Below are positions 1 to 8,621 of a DNA stretch of 64,000 bases, piece by piece. Under the pieces are notes generated by a model. That model made no database searches, was not told the origin of the DNA, and was given only the letters and a program-made list of their open reading frames with translations. This stretch comes from Pirellulales bacterium (GTDB taxonomy: Bacteria; Planctomycetota; Planctomycetia; Pirellulales; UBA1268): NCBI GenBank assembly GCA_028066355.1, contig JALCBP010000004.1, positions 1,083 to 65,082 on the forward strand. The letters are read 5' to 3'. A program made the position numbers and the translations under genes. Every line of letters starts with the position of its first letter. The first letter of the stretch is position 1.

Positions 1-1046
1 TCAGGAAAAGGCCATCGATCGATTTCACGGAGAGTCTTTCACGAACGCTTGATGAAATCTTTCTTGGTTCTGAGCAAGTAAAAATCAAGGCAGCAGAACT
101 GATTGCATTTTGTGGTATTAAAAGTGCTGCCGTTTTCCTGAGATCAAGATTGATTGACGAGGATGAAGAGTCAAAAGTTCGTGCAGCTGCTCTTCAAGCT
201 TTATCTGATCTTCATGATCCAGAATTGATGAACTCCATTGGTTCCCTTGTTCATGATGACGACACGGAAGTTCGTAAAATTGCAAGAAGTATTCTTGCAA
301 CAGTTGATCCGCTTGCAGCCATCGAGGAGGCCGAGTATGTGCTTCAGGGTGAATCGACTGAGGAAAAGCAACAAGTCATTCAGATGCTTTGCCGTATAAG
401 TGAACAAAAAGCTGGTGATGTTCTTGTTAGAGCTCTCCAGCGTCAACTGACATCAGAGGCAGAGATGTCTATACGACTTGATCTTCTTGAGGCAGCACAA
501 GAGAGAGGTGAAAAGGGTCTTATTGATGTCGCTCGTAAAATAGAAAGCCAACGGGACGAAAAAGATCCTTTGGGTTACTACCGAGAGTGCCTCTCGGGGG
601 GCAATATAGAAAGTGGAGAAAAAGTCTTCTTCAATAACAAGAAGGTTACTTGTGTTCGGTGTCACATGGTTAACGAGCGAGGGGGGAGTGTTGGCCCAAA
701 CCTGTCCAAAGTCGGTCGAGAGAAGACACCGGAGTATCTTCTTGAATCTATTGTCCTGCCAAGCGCAAAAATCTCACCCGGGTATTCGACAGTCCAATTC
801 CTGATGGCAACGGGTCAGGTCTATTCTGGTATTGTGAAGAAAGAAAATTCTGATCAAGTTGTTATTCAAAACGCAGACGGTGACTTGCTGACGCTTCAGA
901 AGGAAGATATTGATGAAATGCAGGCTGGGCTTTCTGGCATGCCTGCCGGACTGGCTCAACAGTTGTCGAAAAGACAGTTGCGAGATCTTGTTGCATATCT
1001 AGGCACGCTTGTAGAGGAAAAGAAACGTAGCGCACATGTTGAGTGA
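1..1046 (+). CDS. HEAT-repeat / cytochrome c (CXXCH) domain protein, C-terminal part; the 5' end lies upstream of the window
   Basis: The reading frame is open from nt 3 to the TGA at 1044-1046, and the track ORF 150..1046 merely starts at an internal TTG. HEAT-like repeats are present (VRAAALQALSDLHDPEL, TEVRKIARSIL). The heme-c motif CVRCH is followed by GPNLSKVG. This C-terminal architecture is common in planctomycete membrane-bound-dehydrogenase-type proteins. Confidence 0.75.
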   Translation, partial: RKRPSIDFTESLSRTLDEIFLGSEQVKIKAAELIAFCGIKSAAVFLRSRLIDEDEESKVRAAALQALSDLHDPELMNSIGSLVHDDDTEVRKIARSILATVDPLAAIEEAEYVLQGESTEEKQQVIQMLCRISEQKAGDVLVRALQRQLTSEAEMSIRLDLLEAAQERGEKGLIDVARKIESQRDEKDPLGYYRECLSGGNIESGEKVFFNNKKVTCVRCHMVNERGGSVGPNLSKVGREKTPEYLLESIVLPSAKISPGYSTVQFLMATGQVYSGIVKKENSDQVVIQNADGDLLTLQKEDIDEMQAGLSGMPAGLAQQLSKRQLRDLVAYLGTLVEEKKRSAHVE

Positions 1047-1120
1047 AAACTGGTGTTGAGTGCAAACTGAGCAATAAGCACAGCGTTTTATGTCATGGAC
1101 AAGCGGACGTGTGTGGTTCT

Positions 1121-1156
1121 ACGTAGGTTCTTATGAGCACGTAGGTTCTTATGAGA
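1121..1156. repeat. Tandem duplication of an 18-nt unit (acgtaggttcttatgagc / acgtaggttcttatgaga)
   Basis: Read directly from the sequence: two adjacent copies, 17/18 identical, in the convergent intergenic region between the heme protein gene and rpsD. Confidence 0.9.
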
Positions 1157-1299
1157 TAGATACTTCTAATGGTCCTACTAGCCAGGACGACAGCACTATG
1201 AAGGACCAGAACGCATCGCTGTGTACGTTGTGACTTAATTACAGAGCTGGAAAACAAAAGAATGTCGGGTCGCTCTAGTTTGTGTTGGGAAGATCACAA

Positions 1300-1911
1300 T
1301 CAGCGAGACATGAATTCAACAACCTTGTTTATATCGACAGGTAGGCTGACATCTGACTTATCTGGTCGTCTGTCAACGGTAAATCTCAAGCGTTCGTTGT
1401 CCGAAGTGATCCAGTCACATGGTTCACCGGTCTGCGTAGCAATCGCCTGTTGGTATAAATCGACAAGCTTTCCTTTTCTGCGAACATCGACGATGTCACC
1501 AGGCTTGACCTGATAGGAAGGCTTATCAACCGGAATGCCATTCACCGTGAAATGGCCATGAACGATACCTTGACGAGCTTGTGGCCTCGTTTTTGTAAAC
1601 CCGCTTCTTCTGACGACATTGTCGAGTCGCAGTTCACACTCGATGAGGAAAATATCACCAGTATTACCAGTTTTGCGAGCTGCTTTGGCAAAAAAGCGTC
1701 GAAGTTGTTTCTCACCAAAACCGTAGTAATACTTGATTTTTTGCTTTTCGATCAGACCTTCGCCGTATGTGGAAGGTTTGTTACGTCTTTTCTGCCGAAC
1801 ACCGGGTGGTTCCGACCGTCGCTCGGATGCTCGAATTGCTCCAGCACTTTCGAAGATCATAGATCCAAGACGACGATTGATACGAGCTTTTGCCCCAGTG
1901 TAGTGACCCAT
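1300..1911 (-). CDS. rpsD: 30S ribosomal protein S4
   Basis: The 203-aa ORF starts MGHYTGAKARINRRLG and contains YGEGLIEKQKIKYYYG plus an S4 RNA-binding domain (RLDNVVRRSGF...ARQGIVHGHFTVNG). It is full-length and typical of S4. Confidence 0.95.
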   Translation of the reverse strand: MGHYTGAKARINRRLGSMIFESAGAIRASERRSEPPGVRQKRRNKPSTYGEGLIEKQKIKYYYGFGEKQLRRFFAKAARKTGNTGDIFLIECELRLDNVVRRSGFTKTRPQARQGIVHGHFTVNGIPVDKPSYQVKPGDIVDVRRKGKLVDLYQQAIATQTGEPCDWITSDNERLRFTVDRRPDKSDVSLPVDINKVVEFMSR

Positions 1912-2333
1912 CTGTTTTACTTGCCCTTAAATACCTTGATAATGATTGAATGTGCGTCCTCTTCACCCAAAGCTATTGGATGGAAGGTGTTGAAATCTGT
2001 CGAGTCGCTCGCAAGACATTAGAGGCAAACATATCGCCGATTTCAGTGCTTAAGAGTCTACATCGGTTTTTGAAATATGCGAGTAGTCTGCCTGAAAATG
2101 AGGAGAAATGGGCTGTCGTTCCGGAGAAAGTGAATCTTGGAGCCTTTTCTAGGCAGCACCTCCTGCAGGCCGGGTTGAAGAAGGTCGCTTTGGTGCGGTT
2201 AGTCGCCATTTTTTTCGCCGCGGCGGTAATCCTTTGTTTAAAACTCAAAAAAGACAGGAGTGCTCATTCAATCGTGCTGTAATAACGGGCCCAGAAAAGG
2301 GCTCGCCCTCCGGTACTGGCTAGGAGAGAAGGT

Positions 2334-2618
2334 TTGAAAAACGTTCAGTTGAGACAATTGCGAGTGGGAGCATATTCAGTGCTTTCGCTGAGCATTGCTG
2401 CAATCGGATACGGCATGAGGGCCTTCGCTGTAGACAAGGCTCATCCGATCGTGCTGTGGCTGCTTGCTGCGTTATCGCTAATTTTTGTACTTCTGGTGCT
2501 TGCTGATTCTGTATACCACACAATTACAAAGACAGATGTTTCTTGCATTCATTGCGGTGAGCATCGAAGGATGCGGTCGTTTCGGGTTGCCAAAGAATGT
2601 CCACATTGCGGTAAGTGA
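2334..2618 (+). CDS. Hypothetical small membrane protein with a C-terminal zinc ribbon
   Basis: The 94-aa ORF has a TTG start, two hydrophobic helices, then CIHCG...x14...CPHCGK. No family was recognised, and the start is uncertain (an internal ATG gives MRAFAV...). Confidence 0.4.
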   Translation: MKNVQLRQLRVGAYSVLSLSIAAIGYGMRAFAVDKAHPIVLWLLAALSLIFVLLVLADSVYHTITKTDVSCIHCGEHRRMRSFRVAKECPHCGK

Positions 2619-2818
2619 GTAACTTTGAATTGGTAGCCTGCTAGGAGCACGGTGTAGCCATTCTCGCTGATGTTTATAATATTAAAACATTATCACACCG
2701 TTTTGATCTAGCTCGTAGTGGCGATGCTTCTATAACAGTCATCACATTGAGGAAGTTGAAAGCCACTCTGTCTGCACGCAACATGCCTGTCTTTGTGTAT
2801 TGAAAGGATTGAGCGATA

Positions 2819-3466
2819 ATGCCCGCAAGAGAAACATATGCTCGAAAAAGTTATGAGCGAGCAGCTCTTGACGAGCATGAAATTGACCGTGATCCATTTC
2901 AGCAGTTTACAATATGGTATGACGAAGCCGTAGCGGCAGATTTGCCAGAGCCTGAGTCGATGACTCTTTCAACTGCAACCCGGGATGGCCGACCCTCTGC
3001 CAGGATTGTTTTACTTCGCGGCTATGATGAAACCGGTTTTTGTTTCTTCACCAACTATTCCAGCCAGAAAGGGCAGGAGTTAGCTGCCAACCCATATGCA
3101 GCTCTTACGTTTCACTGGGTTGAGTTGGAGCGTCAGGTCAGGATTGCGGGTCGGGTTGAAAAACTAACTGCCGAGGAAAGCGATGCTTATTTTCAAAGTC
3201 GTCCGAGTCAATCGCGGATCGGTGCTTGGAGTTCGCCACAGAGCAATGTAATTCCGAGTCGTGAAATACTTGAGCAGTTCTTTAATGAATACCAGAAACA
3301 GTATTCCGATGAGACGGCAATCCCTCGGCCTGAGCATTGGGGGGGCTACAGGGTAATCCCTGAGCGGATTGAGTTCTGGCAGGGTCGGCCAAATAGACTT
3401 CACGATAGGTTGCAGTTTAGCCGCACCGATCAGGGGCCGTGGACACTGCAGCGGCTAGCACCCTGA
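2819..3466 (+). CDS. pdxH: Pyridoxamine 5'-phosphate oxidase
   Basis: 215 aa with [38 protein letters not shown] and the C-terminal ...LQRLAP. This is the canonical PdxH pattern and length. Confidence 0.93.
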   Translation: MPARETYARKSYERAALDEHEIDRDPFQQFTIWYDEAVAADLPEPESMTLSTATRDGRPSARIVLLRGYDETGFCFFTNYSSQKGQELAANPYAALTFHWVELERQVRIAGRVEKLTAEESDAYFQSRPSQSRIGAWSSPQSNVIPSREILEQFFNEYQKQYSDETAIPRPEHWGGYRVIPERIEFWQGRPNRLHDRLQFSRTDQGPWTLQRLAP

Positions 3467-3559
3467 ATGTTGTGTCAGTCGGATTTCGAGTTGAGTCTTT
3501 TTCCTGTTCTGTGGACACACACTGTCAAGCTTTTGCGCTGTTGGAAGTTGATTGAAAGG

Positions 3560-3600
3560 TTCGGTGCAACTAAGAAACAAGTAGATTAGCGAGCACCGAA
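3560..3600 (-). terminator. Possible hairpin downstream of the DUF1559 gene
   Basis: TTCGGTGC (3560-3567) pairs with GCACCGAA (3593-3600), an 8-bp stem with a long 25-nt loop, 15 nt past the stop. It is followed on the minus strand by TTTCAATC. The long loop makes it weak. Confidence 0.3.
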
Positions 3601-3615
3601 TCGTTGCATTTCAAA

Positions 3616-4752
3616 TCAGAGTTCACCGATACCGCCTACAAGCTGATCTGCTCGACAGCCTAGTCGATTGTAGACTGTGTGATCTGCAGTCTCGGAAAGT
3701 GTGTGGACCGAGCCGTCTGCCATCATTACAGTAATGACTCCAGGATGCTGGCTTTTAAAGCCACGCTCCGTCTTCCAATTACAGCTCGCATCGCATCCTG
3801 TTTTGCCCATGTCCGCCACCTTCTGCTTCGTTGCTGCATTCGTGGCGGCGTATACGCACGAGTCATAATTGATTGGTACAAGCGTGTTCGTCCTGTCAAA
3901 AGCGTTACCATGTGCCCAACTCAAACGGGCCTGGTTCGAACACTCCCAGCGACTTTCACCATAAAGAATTGTCGAAGACAACCCGTCAGGGATATCTTTG
4001 AGTTTTATCGGTGCAAGTTTGACGAGTCCACCACTGGCGGTGTAGTACTGACCGTTGCGATGCCAGCAGCCACCCGGGCTAGCCCTTCTTAGCCCCTGAG
4101 ATCCACTGCCACCTAGGCTAGCAGGCAACCCCTCATAGAAAGTCTTACCCCAGTTGGCGTTTCCGATACCTGATCGAGGACGAAATGAGTTGTAGTTCGT
4201 TCCACATGGGCCGCAAGCGTTATTGCTTCCACCACCCATAATAATCGGACCACCATTATGTCGGTAGTTAGAGAATGCATGGTTCGCATTCTGGACGCCG
4301 GTCGGCACAACCCCCGTTGAAGAGTCAGACGGACAAACAAGGCCAGCTATTACTGTATTCCGAACACGCGGTGTTCCCGGACCATTAGGCCGTTGGTTAT
4401 GAACATGATCCGTGGTGCTCTGTAGGTCGATACCGTCTTGAAGTGCGAGTTGCTCCATAAAGGCAAGCATGGCTACGAATGGACTTCCAAGATCTTTCTT
4501 GCCCGCGGCGGTTCTTCCGAGGTACCAGGTAGTCATTGGGAACTCTTCACTATTGGAAGTTAGATAGTTGTGTACTGCCAGGCCAAGCTGCTTCATGTTA
4601 TTACCACATGAATTTCGTCTAGCAGCCTCTCGAGCTTGTTGTACCGCTGGAAGTAATAACCCAACGAGCACGCCAATGATCGCGATAACGACAAGTAGCT
4701 CAATTAGTGTAAAACCCTGTAGTCTAAAACCTTGATGTCTCGTAGGTTTCAT
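3616..4752 (-). CDS. DUF1559 domain protein with a prepilin-type N-terminal cleavage/methylation segment
   Basis: The N-terminus is [51 protein letters not shown] and the C-terminal region contains [15 protein letters not shown]. This is the classic planctomycete DUF1559 family. Confidence 0.9.
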   Translation of the reverse strand: MKPTRHQGFRLQGFTLIELLVVIAIIGVLVGLLLPAVQQAREAARRNSCGNNMKQLGLAVHNYLTSNSEEFPMTTWYLGRTAAGKKDLGSPFVAMLAFMEQLALQDGIDLQSTTDHVHNQRPNGPGTPRVRNTVIAGLVCPSDSSTGVVPTGVQNANHAFSNYRHNGGPIIMGGGSNNACGPCGTNYNSFRPRSGIGNANWGKTFYEGLPASLGGSGSQGLRRASPGGCWHRNGQYYTASGGLVKLAPIKLKDIPDGLSSTILYGESRWECSNQARLSWAHGNAFDRTNTLVPINYDSCVYAATNAATKQKVADMGKTGCDASCNWKTERGFKSQHPGVITVMMADGSVHTLSETADHTVYNRLGCRADQLVGGIGEL

Positions 4753-5126
4753 CGCCTTATCCTCAATTAAAGTTTTTATTAATTTTTGCCTTTTGAAAAG
4801 TTGAGTAACGCAGCCCTCGATTACTAATTTTTACTTGCATTAGCACAAACGTTATGGGTACGTAATCACGCCAAGCTACACGTGTTAACATGATATGGGC
4901 CTTTGTTAAGTTCTCCTGAACAACAGCCATTTCAAGTTTTTTGAGATAGAGTCTTTGGAGTAAGGGTGCAAATGGGATGCCACTTTTTCCAAATGCAATA
5001 AAAAATTAATTATTTGCTTGGCAAATCATTTGTTCACCCGCTGAGTCAGTTCTGAGTGGTTATCCGTTATCTTTTAGGCGACTATCTCTTGTGCAGGCAT
5101 TGGATAGTTTTTCAGCAGCCACAGTT

Positions 5127-5150
5127 TTCGCACTATCGTTCGCACTATCG
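5127..5150. repeat. Tandem duplication of a 12-nt unit (ttcgcactatcg x2)
   Basis: Read directly from the sequence: two perfect adjacent copies in the 530-nt AT-rich region between the sulfatase 3' end and the DUF1559 5' end. Confidence 0.9.
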
Positions 5151-5286
5151 ATGGATGATCTTTGAGTGCGTGTTTTTGGAGGAACCCCGAGGGCTAGCGG
5201 CTATCGTCGTCCGCATTGATAAAGGTTCGGGGCGAAATGTGAATGGTAACTTATCCTTCACACCGTCAGTTTTTGGTAGCGATTGC

Positions 5287-6783
5287 TTACCGTAGGTGGC
5301 CTTGTAGTGCTGTAATTATGCGTTGCGAATCAGGGGTCCCAGCCAGATTTCGATACTCTCTAGGGTCAATCCCTACGTCGTAAAGTTCTTCACTGCCAAC
5401 GCCGTAGTGAATGTATCGATATTTTCTACTACTCAGAACGAAGTCTTCTGAGTTGATATACGTTTTCACGGTGCGCTCTGTTGTGTGCGTTGGGTCTTTC
5501 AGTAAATGAGCAAGTGAAACACCATCAAGGCCTCTTGTTGGAAAACCAGTTACTTCAGCCAAGGTTGGAAATAAATCCAAGAGGCTGACAGTTTCTTCAC
5601 ATAAAGTGCCAGCTTGTACTGTTGGTCCACAAATGATGAGTGGAACCTGAGTTGAGTGAATCCATCCGGTCTGTTTACCCCACGCCTGTTTTTCACCAAG
5701 GTGCCAACCGTGATCACTGAACAAGACAATAATTGTGTTATCTGCATACGACGTACGATCCAGACAATCAACTAATCGTCCTATTTGATGGTCGACAAAA
5801 GAGATACTGGCCAAGTAGGCCTGAACGGCCTTTGCCCACTGTCCGTTTCTTGTGACATGTGCATGTGTTCCGGCGGTAACCGCACTCAAAGCTCGTTGTT
5901 TGCCAGCGATTGGAATATCAGCCAAGTCATTGGGTGTTGTCATGGGCAACTGGATCGACTCAAGAGGATATAAATCAAAGTACTTCGCAGGTGCATACAG
6001 CGGAATATGTGGACGATAAAAACCAACAGCTATGAAAAACGGTTGCTGAGAGTCATGGGTTTCTATTTGTTTGGTAGCCCAATCGACTATTTTGCTGTCC
6101 CCAAAAGTATTGTCAGGCAGGTCAAAAGCAGACCAATCAAATGACTCCCCCTTTTTGTCATCTGGGCTTCGCTCGCTAGGCATGCGATTGAATGGCATGA
6201 CGTAACGTCTTCCAGCAGGACCACTTGGTATGACGTGTTCTGGGTTTTGAGATCCTTTACTTGGAAGTTCTTTTTTTGTGTAGTCAACATCTTTACCTTC
6301 GAATGGACTCCACCGTTGTTCGGTGAGGTAACTCTTTTGGAAAATTGCCGAAGTAACATGTTTTTTATGATGAATCTTTCCTGTGCCATAGGTTTTGTAT
6401 CCATGCCTGGCAAAATACTGTGGCAGCATGGTGTAGGCCGTATGGTCAAACTTGCTTCCGTTTTCATAAACATTTGTTTTGACTGGTGAGAGTCCGGTAA
6501 GCACTGCAGTCCGAGAAGGCTGGCAAAGAGGAGTTGTGCAGTGAGCGTTAGTGAAGGCACAACCAGCACCAGCAAGCCGATCCATGTTCGGTGTTTTTAT
6601 CTGTGGATGTCCTTTTAGATAACCGACCCAGTTGTTCAGATCATCAATGCTTATAAATAAAATATTTGGGGGAGTGTTGATGATTTTTTCACTGACATTG
6701 GTCTCAGATGATTGGGCCAATAAAGGAAGTGTTAATCCAACACCTAGCAGTATCCATGTTCGCCAATTCATTTCGATATCCAT
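5287..6783 (-). CDS. Sulfatase (Cys-type, formylglycine-dependent), secreted
   Basis: 498 aa with an N-terminal signal peptide (WILLGVGLTLPLLAQS) and NILFISIDDLN. The FGly motif is C-Q-P-S-R-T-A-V-L-T-G, and the GKIHH and SDHGWHLGE motifs are present. Confidence 0.9.
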   Translation of the reverse strand: MDIEMNWRTWILLGVGLTLPLLAQSSETNVSEKIINTPPNILFISIDDLNNWVGYLKGHPQIKTPNMDRLAGAGCAFTNAHCTTPLCQPSRTAVLTGLSPVKTNVYENGSKFDHTAYTMLPQYFARHGYKTYGTGKIHHKKHVTSAIFQKSYLTEQRWSPFEGKDVDYTKKELPSKGSQNPEHVIPSGPAGRRYVMPFNRMPSERSPDDKKGESFDWSAFDLPDNTFGDSKIVDWATKQIETHDSQQPFFIAVGFYRPHIPLYAPAKYFDLYPLESIQLPMTTPNDLADIPIAGKQRALSAVTAGTHAHVTRNGQWAKAVQAYLASISFVDHQIGRLVDCLDRTSYADNTIIVLFSDHGWHLGEKQAWGKQTGWIHSTQVPLIICGPTVQAGTLCEETVSLLDLFPTLAEVTGFPTRGLDGVSLAHLLKDPTHTTERTVKTYINSEDFVLSSRKYRYIHYGVGSEELYDVGIDPREYRNLAGTPDSQRIITALQGHLR

Positions 6784-6855
6784 TTGTTCCGCGATGTTTC
6801 ATCACGTGCTGCTATTATCTAGCAACGTGATTGAGATGCTATCTATAGAACGAAT

Positions 6856-7068
6856 TTACTGGAAGATAAAGTAAGCAGCGTAGCGTAACTTTTTTGGAGG
6901 TCCAACTGCTTTTGTAATTTCACAACGAAAATGACAACTGCTTTTTATTGTTTCAACAACTATCGTCCCTTGTTCTGTGAATTCAAACACTTCTGAAATC
7001 GAGGGTTCCCAATATTCTTGAAAGAAGGGAATGGGTGCAGAAGAATTAGAGCACCGAACCAATTCCAC
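6856..7068 (-). CDS. Hypothetical 70-aa ORF between the radical-SAM gene and the sulfatase (doubtful)
   Basis: GTG start, no recognisable domain, four Cys. It is listed only because it fills the gap between two co-directional genes (38 nt after the radical-SAM stop, 72 nt before the sulfatase start). Confidence 0.2.
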   Translation of the reverse strand: MELVRCSNSSAPIPFFQEYWEPSISEVFEFTEQGTIVVETIKSSCHFRCEITKAVGPPKKLRYAAYFIFQ

Positions 7069-7106
7069 TATCTATGCAAGAGGTTTCCGGTGCTCATTTT
7101 CAGAAC

Positions 7107-8237
7107 TCAAATAAAGTTCAGTTGATAGTCTTTGGAATGATTGCTTGGTAGAACAATGTGTTCTAGTATCTCATTCATCTTGCTTTTCGCACAACCAGCA
7201 CACTGTTTGGGTTGAATATTTTCAATTAATTTCTTGTGCAGATCAGAACCCCAAAGTCTAGGGAGTTCCCGCCAGTTGTCGCGAGTGTAGTCATCCGTGA
7301 GGACGTGGACACTTCGGGCATCACAGCACAGATGAAAGTTGTGAGAAGCGTCAAAAACTCCTCCCATTGGTGTGACATGACACTGAGAAAACTTATACGT
7401 CTCAGCAAAATTTTCAGGATATGCATCTCGTATAATTGCTCGGCAGCCAAGATTTTTTGCAAAGTCTTCCATCTCTTCTGCCTCAACGTAATTATCTACT
7501 TCGGCGACATCGGTCTCACTGATAATTGACAAGTGCTCTGAAAACTGATGTTTATTGAGGCTTTTTTTGGCATCAAACCGAACAAACTTAATGCAAAGAT
7601 CAAGACTAGGATGATCATTACGGATTCGTTTGATGTTGCTAATAATTGTGTCAAATCCTCTAGGGCTTGTGTTCTTAACTTGACTCCAGGTCGAGGCGGT
7701 TGTTGCATCAAGACTTACACCAAGGTACGTCAGTTTTGAAAACGCACTAACGCGCTCAAGGAATACACCATTTGTTATCAGGCCGATATCAATACCTGAG
7801 TCATAGCCGCTGTGGATTAAGGTGTCGATATTTTGATTGAGGAGTGGTTCAGAATCACCACTAATCCGCCAAGACTTTACACCCCAATCCCCACAAAAAA
7901 CTCCAAGTTGTTTCATCGTGTTGGGTGTCATAAATTTGGCTGGCCGGGCTGACCGACTTTTGGCTTGACAGCACCAGTTGCAATCCAGGTTGCAAACACC
8001 ATCAACAGGATCGATATCTACCATGATGGGAGGCAAGAAACTGCCAGTTGAGATAGCGTGAACATGCGCTGTGTGATGGAGTAATTTTGCTTCTGAACTT
8101 ATTCGTGGAACATGGGGTGGTGCAGGTGATGGCTCGTAGATGCGCGGGATTGTGGTGTTCGTAGAGGGAATTTGCGGTGCGTTGGAGGTTGACTGAATCA
8201 TCGGTTCCACCACATTTTTTTTCTTGGGAACGCTCAT
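7107..8237 (-). CDS. Radical SAM protein with a twitch/SPASM-like C-terminal Cys motif (subfamily not recognised)
   Basis: 376 aa with CX3CX2C (VCNLDCNWCC), SGDSEPLL and GLITNG. The C-terminal cysteines are arranged QCH-x17-CC...QCAGC. The N-terminal ~75 aa form a Pro/Ser/Thr-rich extension. Confidence 0.8.
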   Translation of the reverse strand: MSVPKKKNVVEPMIQSTSNAPQIPSTNTTIPRIYEPSPAPPHVPRISSEAKLLHHTAHVHAISTGSFLPPIMVDIDPVDGVCNLDCNWCCQAKSRSARPAKFMTPNTMKQLGVFCGDWGVKSWRISGDSEPLLNQNIDTLIHSGYDSGIDIGLITNGVFLERVSAFSKLTYLGVSLDATTASTWSQVKNTSPRGFDTIISNIKRIRNDHPSLDLCIKFVRFDAKKSLNKHQFSEHLSIISETDVAEVDNYVEAEEMEDFAKNLGCRAIIRDAYPENFAETYKFSQCHVTPMGGVFDASHNFHLCCDARSVHVLTDDYTRDNWRELPRLWGSDLHKKLIENIQPKQCAGCAKSKMNEILEHIVLPSNHSKDYQLNFI

Positions 8238-8621
8238 AGGATGACCACGCCGTGGAGTTCTTAGGTTGTTTGAGAAACCCGTGGTTTTTGGAAGAATTCT
8301 GGGATAAAGTCAAGAGTGCTTTAGTGTGGGAATTTCCTGAGAATACAGTTCATTAATCGGTCTGGAGAAGAGGCTTAGATGCAGGTTGACTCACCTGCCT
8401 GATTAGCTTTACCAAGTTATATCGAGCGATGGCCGTCTCTATTTGCTCGTAAAAAAATTTTGCAGGACTGTAATCTAAATGAGCAAAAGTTATACGAAAT
8501 AAATTTAATAGGCTTCACAGAAAATCATTCATTCAATCGATGCTCAATTAAGTCCAGGCAATTAAGCGATAAGCAGTAGGGGTTTCATAAGACACGTAAG
8601 AGATTGCATGCAGTTTTAACC

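Noticed and set aside
1950-2282. Mutually overlapping ORFs (110 aa on the plus strand, 91 aa on the minus strand) in the 420-nt spacer upstream of rpsD.
   Set aside because: The two ORFs exclude each other and neither has recognisable features. The region is more likely the rpsD promoter or leader. It is left uncalled.
5056-5295. A 79-aa plus-strand ORF in the AT-rich region between the sulfatase and DUF1559 genes.
   Set aside because: It has no start context or domain, contains the 12-nt tandem repeat, and runs into the sulfatase 3' end. It is likely non-coding.
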